From NCBI GenBank assembly GCA_000991245.1, contig LBRD01000003.1, forward strand, positions 6,734 through 70,733: a stretch of DNA of 64,000 nt, read 5' to 3'. The position numbers were made by a program, and so were the translations under genes. The notes below the pieces were generated by a model. It searched no databases. It saw nothing but the letters and a program-made list of their open reading frames with translations, and had not been told where the DNA came from. The first letter of the stretch is position 1. Every line of letters starts with the position of its first letter. The DNA is from Parcubacteria group bacterium GW2011_GWC1_36_108. Its GTDB lineage: Bacteria; Patescibacteriota; Minisyncoccia; Moranbacterales; GWC2-37-73. This document shows, one piece after another, positions 61,856 to 64,000 of this stretch.

Positions 61856-62440
61856 TTATTCCCACTTGCCTACCTTAAAAAATGAAAGTCTGAGGGTTTT
61901 ATCGATGCTATCCTCATTGAAAGTTATAATGTAATCAACTTCCACGTTGTTAGGAAAATTTTTCAATGCAAGATTTTCATTTATTGATTTATCCGTATGA
62001 ATCCAGCAATATTGGTAATTCTTTACAACAAGAAGCGCGGCATCTGTTTCTTGTAGTGTTTTAGGATTATCAAAAGCACTAGGCTGAATACCTCCAAATT
62101 TACTTACGCGAATATTTTTCCACTTGGATTTATTTTGCATATCACAAATAGAACTTGCTATGTTAAATGTCAACCCCTGTTTCTTTTTATGATCAACGAT
62201 AGAATTTACACTGTTGCCCCAAAGAAGATCAAAAAAATCCCCGAATTTATTAAGCAGCTCCGGATAATTTCTGCTTAAAAAATAGAAAAATTTAGCTTCC
62301 TCCATGATTTCATACACAAAACATTCCATCCTTTTCATTAACCTTATTCGCATTTTACCTTCCAAGATTATGCCTATTAGTTTTAAAAGAGCCTTTGCCA
62401 ATTTTTCCGAACATCCGTCCATGCGGTTCGTTGTTTCCAT
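61856..62440 (-). CDS. Hypothetical protein
   Basis: 194-aa ORF with SD ccaaggaggca. No motifs recognised. Confidence 0.4.
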   Translation of the reverse strand: METTNRMDGCSEKLAKALLKLIGIILEGKMRIRLMKRMECFVYEIMEEAKFFYFLSRNYPELLNKFGDFFDLLWGNSVNSIVDHKKKQGLTFNIASSICDMQNKSKWKNIRVSKFGGIQPSAFDNPKTLQETDAALLVVKNYQYCWIHTDKSINENLALKNFPNNVEVDYIITFNEDSIDKTLRLSFFKVGKWE

Positions 62441-62558
62441 TTTGTGCCTCCTTGGGCAATGGGATTTTTACTTCTGAATACAAACTAGCATAGATACACA
62501 AAAAAACAACCCTCTTGAGTTGTTTTTCTAGAAAGCTAAGAAGCTAATGCCTAATAAG

Positions 62559-63251
62559 CTATTTTATCATTGTTCCCACAAATTTCTCCCCATCCAAATA
62601 TCTCTGAAAGTTGTTCATTTTTTTGCCGTTTAAAATTGCAACCTCAATCCCCTCTTTGGCTGCCATTTTGGAAGCGATTGGATCAAATGGAACATTGGAG
62701 CCTGGATCCCAAGTTTCGCCGACTATTTTTTGAAAATCATTCCAATTTATTTCTTTGATTCTTTTGGCATCTTTGTGTTTCTTTGGATCTTTGTCACAAA
62801 CGTAATCAATATTGGAAAGGTTGGCAATTTTTTTAACATCAAAATGCTTAGCCAGCAGCACTGCAATATAATCCGTGGAATTTCCAGGTTTATATCCAGC
62901 CGCAACCAAAACTGATTCTTTGGCTTTTAAAAAACTTTCCAAATCATATGGATTTTTGTTAATCGTCGGATGTGCATATTTCTTGAAAATAGTTCGGATG
63001 AAATGTGCATTCATTCTGGTGGCATGAATCCCAATCCAATCCTTGTCTTCATCATCAATATCGCCCACTTTTGCGCCAGCTTCAATATATTTTCTTGCAG
63101 TCTTCCCCCCGCCAGTAATGATAATAAAACGAAAACCTTTGACAATTCCATCCTCAATAACTTTTTTAAATTGCTTAACAAATTTCCAATCAATTTCTTC
63201 CGGTACAATTAATGAACCACCAAGTGAAATAACGATTGTTTTTTTGTTCAT
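62559..63251 (-). CDS. pyrH: UMP kinase, archaeal/eukaryotic-like short form (amino-acid kinase family)
   Basis: TIVISLGGSLIVPEE ... FIIITGGGKTARKYIEAG ... IHATRMNAHF. The GGGKxARKYIE motif matches archaeal-type PyrH rather than the E. coli GGGNLFRG type. Confidence 0.75.
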   Translation of the reverse strand: MNKKTIVISLGGSLIVPEEIDWKFVKQFKKVIEDGIVKGFRFIIITGGGKTARKYIEAGAKVGDIDDEDKDWIGIHATRMNAHFIRTIFKKYAHPTINKNPYDLESFLKAKESVLVAAGYKPGNSTDYIAVLLAKHFDVKKIANLSNIDYVCDKDPKKHKDAKRIKEINWNDFQKIVGETWDPGSNVPFDPIASKMAAKEGIEVAILNGKKMNNFQRYLDGEKFVGTMIK

Positions 63252-63346
63252 AAGGTATAGTTGTAAAGTTCATAAAGTTTGTAAGGTTCATAAAGTATTT
63301 TTGTAATTCCACTTTATAAACTTTTGACTTTATAACTTTATAAACT
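63249..63346. repeat. YATAAAGTT nonamer array, copy 7, palindromic
   Basis: aaagttcataaagtttgtaaggttcataaagt ... actttataaacttttgactttataactttataaactt. Confidence 0.6.
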
Positions 63347-63352
63347 TTTTTA

Positions 63353-63676
63353 TTATTTAATATGCTCGTCGGCTTTGGCTTTTGTTTCAGTAAGCTTGGC
63401 TAAAGTGTTTTCCATCTCTTCCTTGATCCCTAAAAACATTTCCAAGCCCTTTTGCAATTTCTCAATATCATTTTTATACTTAGCAATGATTTCTTCGTTT
63501 TTAACTGGGCTTCCCTCTTGCAGCTTTCTTTCTTTTTCCAAAAGTTCTTCTCCCAATTTCAAAAAATTCTCAATCTCCCCAATCTCCATTCCAATCTGAA
63601 TCAAATTAGTCCTCAAATGCTCCTCAATTTCCTCAAATGTTTTAACCCGTTTATTTTCCATATTATTTTGTTCCAA
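63353..63676 (-). CDS. Hypothetical coiled-coil protein
   Basis: 107 aa, E/K-rich heptad-like repeats. Confidence 0.4.
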   Translation of the reverse strand: MEQNNMENKRVKTFEEIEEHLRTNLIQIGMEIGEIENFLKLGEELLEKERKLQEGSPVKNEEIIAKYKNDIEKLQKGLEMFLGIKEEMENTLAKLTETKAKADEHIK

Positions 63677-64000
63677 TTATTTGCATAAAATATTTCGTAC
63701 CGCCATTACCAAAGTCAAATGGCTCAATTGAATTTATTATTAAACCATTCTCTTTAAATGATTCATCGATTTCCTTCATTGAATGCTTATAAAAAGTGTT
63801 TCTTGTGAGTGGTGTTATAGGGGTATTTGCTTTTCCGATAATTTTTTTACCATTTTCTTCTATATTATCATACGATTTTATCCAGCCCTCATATTCATCG
63901 GGATTTACAGTAATAATCATAAACTTGCCTGCCGGTTTTAATATTCGTGCAAGTTCTTTTGCGGCTTGGTTAAGATTTTCTAAATGAAACCAAACATTAA
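63663..64000 (-). CDS. Class I SAM-dependent methyltransferase, 5'-partial (N-terminus beyond window end)
   Basis: Minus-strand frame open to position 64000: ...VWFHLENLNQAAKELARILKPAGKFMIITVNPDEYEGW (methyltransferase motif post-II/III). Confidence 0.65.
   Translation of the reverse strand, partial: NVWFHLENLNQAAKELARILKPAGKFMIITVNPDEYEGWIKSYDNIEENGKKIIGKANTPITPLTRNTFYKHSMKEIDESFKENGLIINSIEPFDFGNGGTKYFMQIIGTK

Noticed and set aside
61638-61934. ORF 61638..61934 (+, 98 aa)
   Set aside because: Low-complexity translation, overlaps the 3' end of the convergent gene 61856..62440, and sits in a region with RNA-like long-range pairing. Judged non-coding.

Overview
This is a low-GC (~35%), gene-dense bacterial window whose gene content suggests a CPR/Patescibacteria-type genome. 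Supporting features: many small genes, two four-helix-bundle '23S rRNA IVS' proteins, an archaeal-type UMP kinase, four tandem GT-C membrane glycosyltransferases, abundant small palindromic repeats. Three parts.
(1) ~4.0-37.4 kb: a very large cell-envelope glycan/teichoic-like biosynthesis supercluster. It contains GT2 polyprenyl-phosphate glycosyltransferases x2, further GT2 and GT4 enzymes, UDP-glucose and UDP-ManNAc-type dehydrogenases, four ArnT/PMT-like GT-C paralogs (one fused to a metallophosphoesterase), a Wzx flippase, a Wzy/O-antigen-ligase-like protein and an LCP ligase. TagA lies further on at 49.9 kb.
(2) Housekeeping genes: ctpA, fmt, def, thpR, gltX, an iscR-cysteine desulfurase-iscU operon, pyrH, rtcB, a tmk-like kinase.
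(3) 41.4-47.1 kb, directly downstream of def-fmt: a divergently oriented Xer-type tyrosine recombinase followed by 3-4 unrelated genes. Each gene is bounded by a conserved ~190-bp imperfect palindromic element. The elements' terminal core sites (…YAAC / acG^TT…) obey the integron rule: the inverse core of element n+1 is the exact reverse complement of the bases after the G^TT of element n, and likewise for an attI-like site next to the recombinase. This is an integron-like cassette array using a short (272 aa) recombinase that lacks the IntI-specific domain. It would be missed by standard integron finders. This is my main finding.
The window also carries at least four interspersed repeat families. 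These are six TGTCATTCC-terminated MITE-like palindromes, a 130-bp palindromic element in three copies, a composite terminator-containing repeat in three copies, and arrays of the nonamer YATAAAGTT upstream of at least seven genes. There is also a perfect 22-bp inverted repeat framing a consensus sigma70 promoter, and a 920-bp non-coding gap. No rRNA, tRNA or CRISPR array was recognised by eye.
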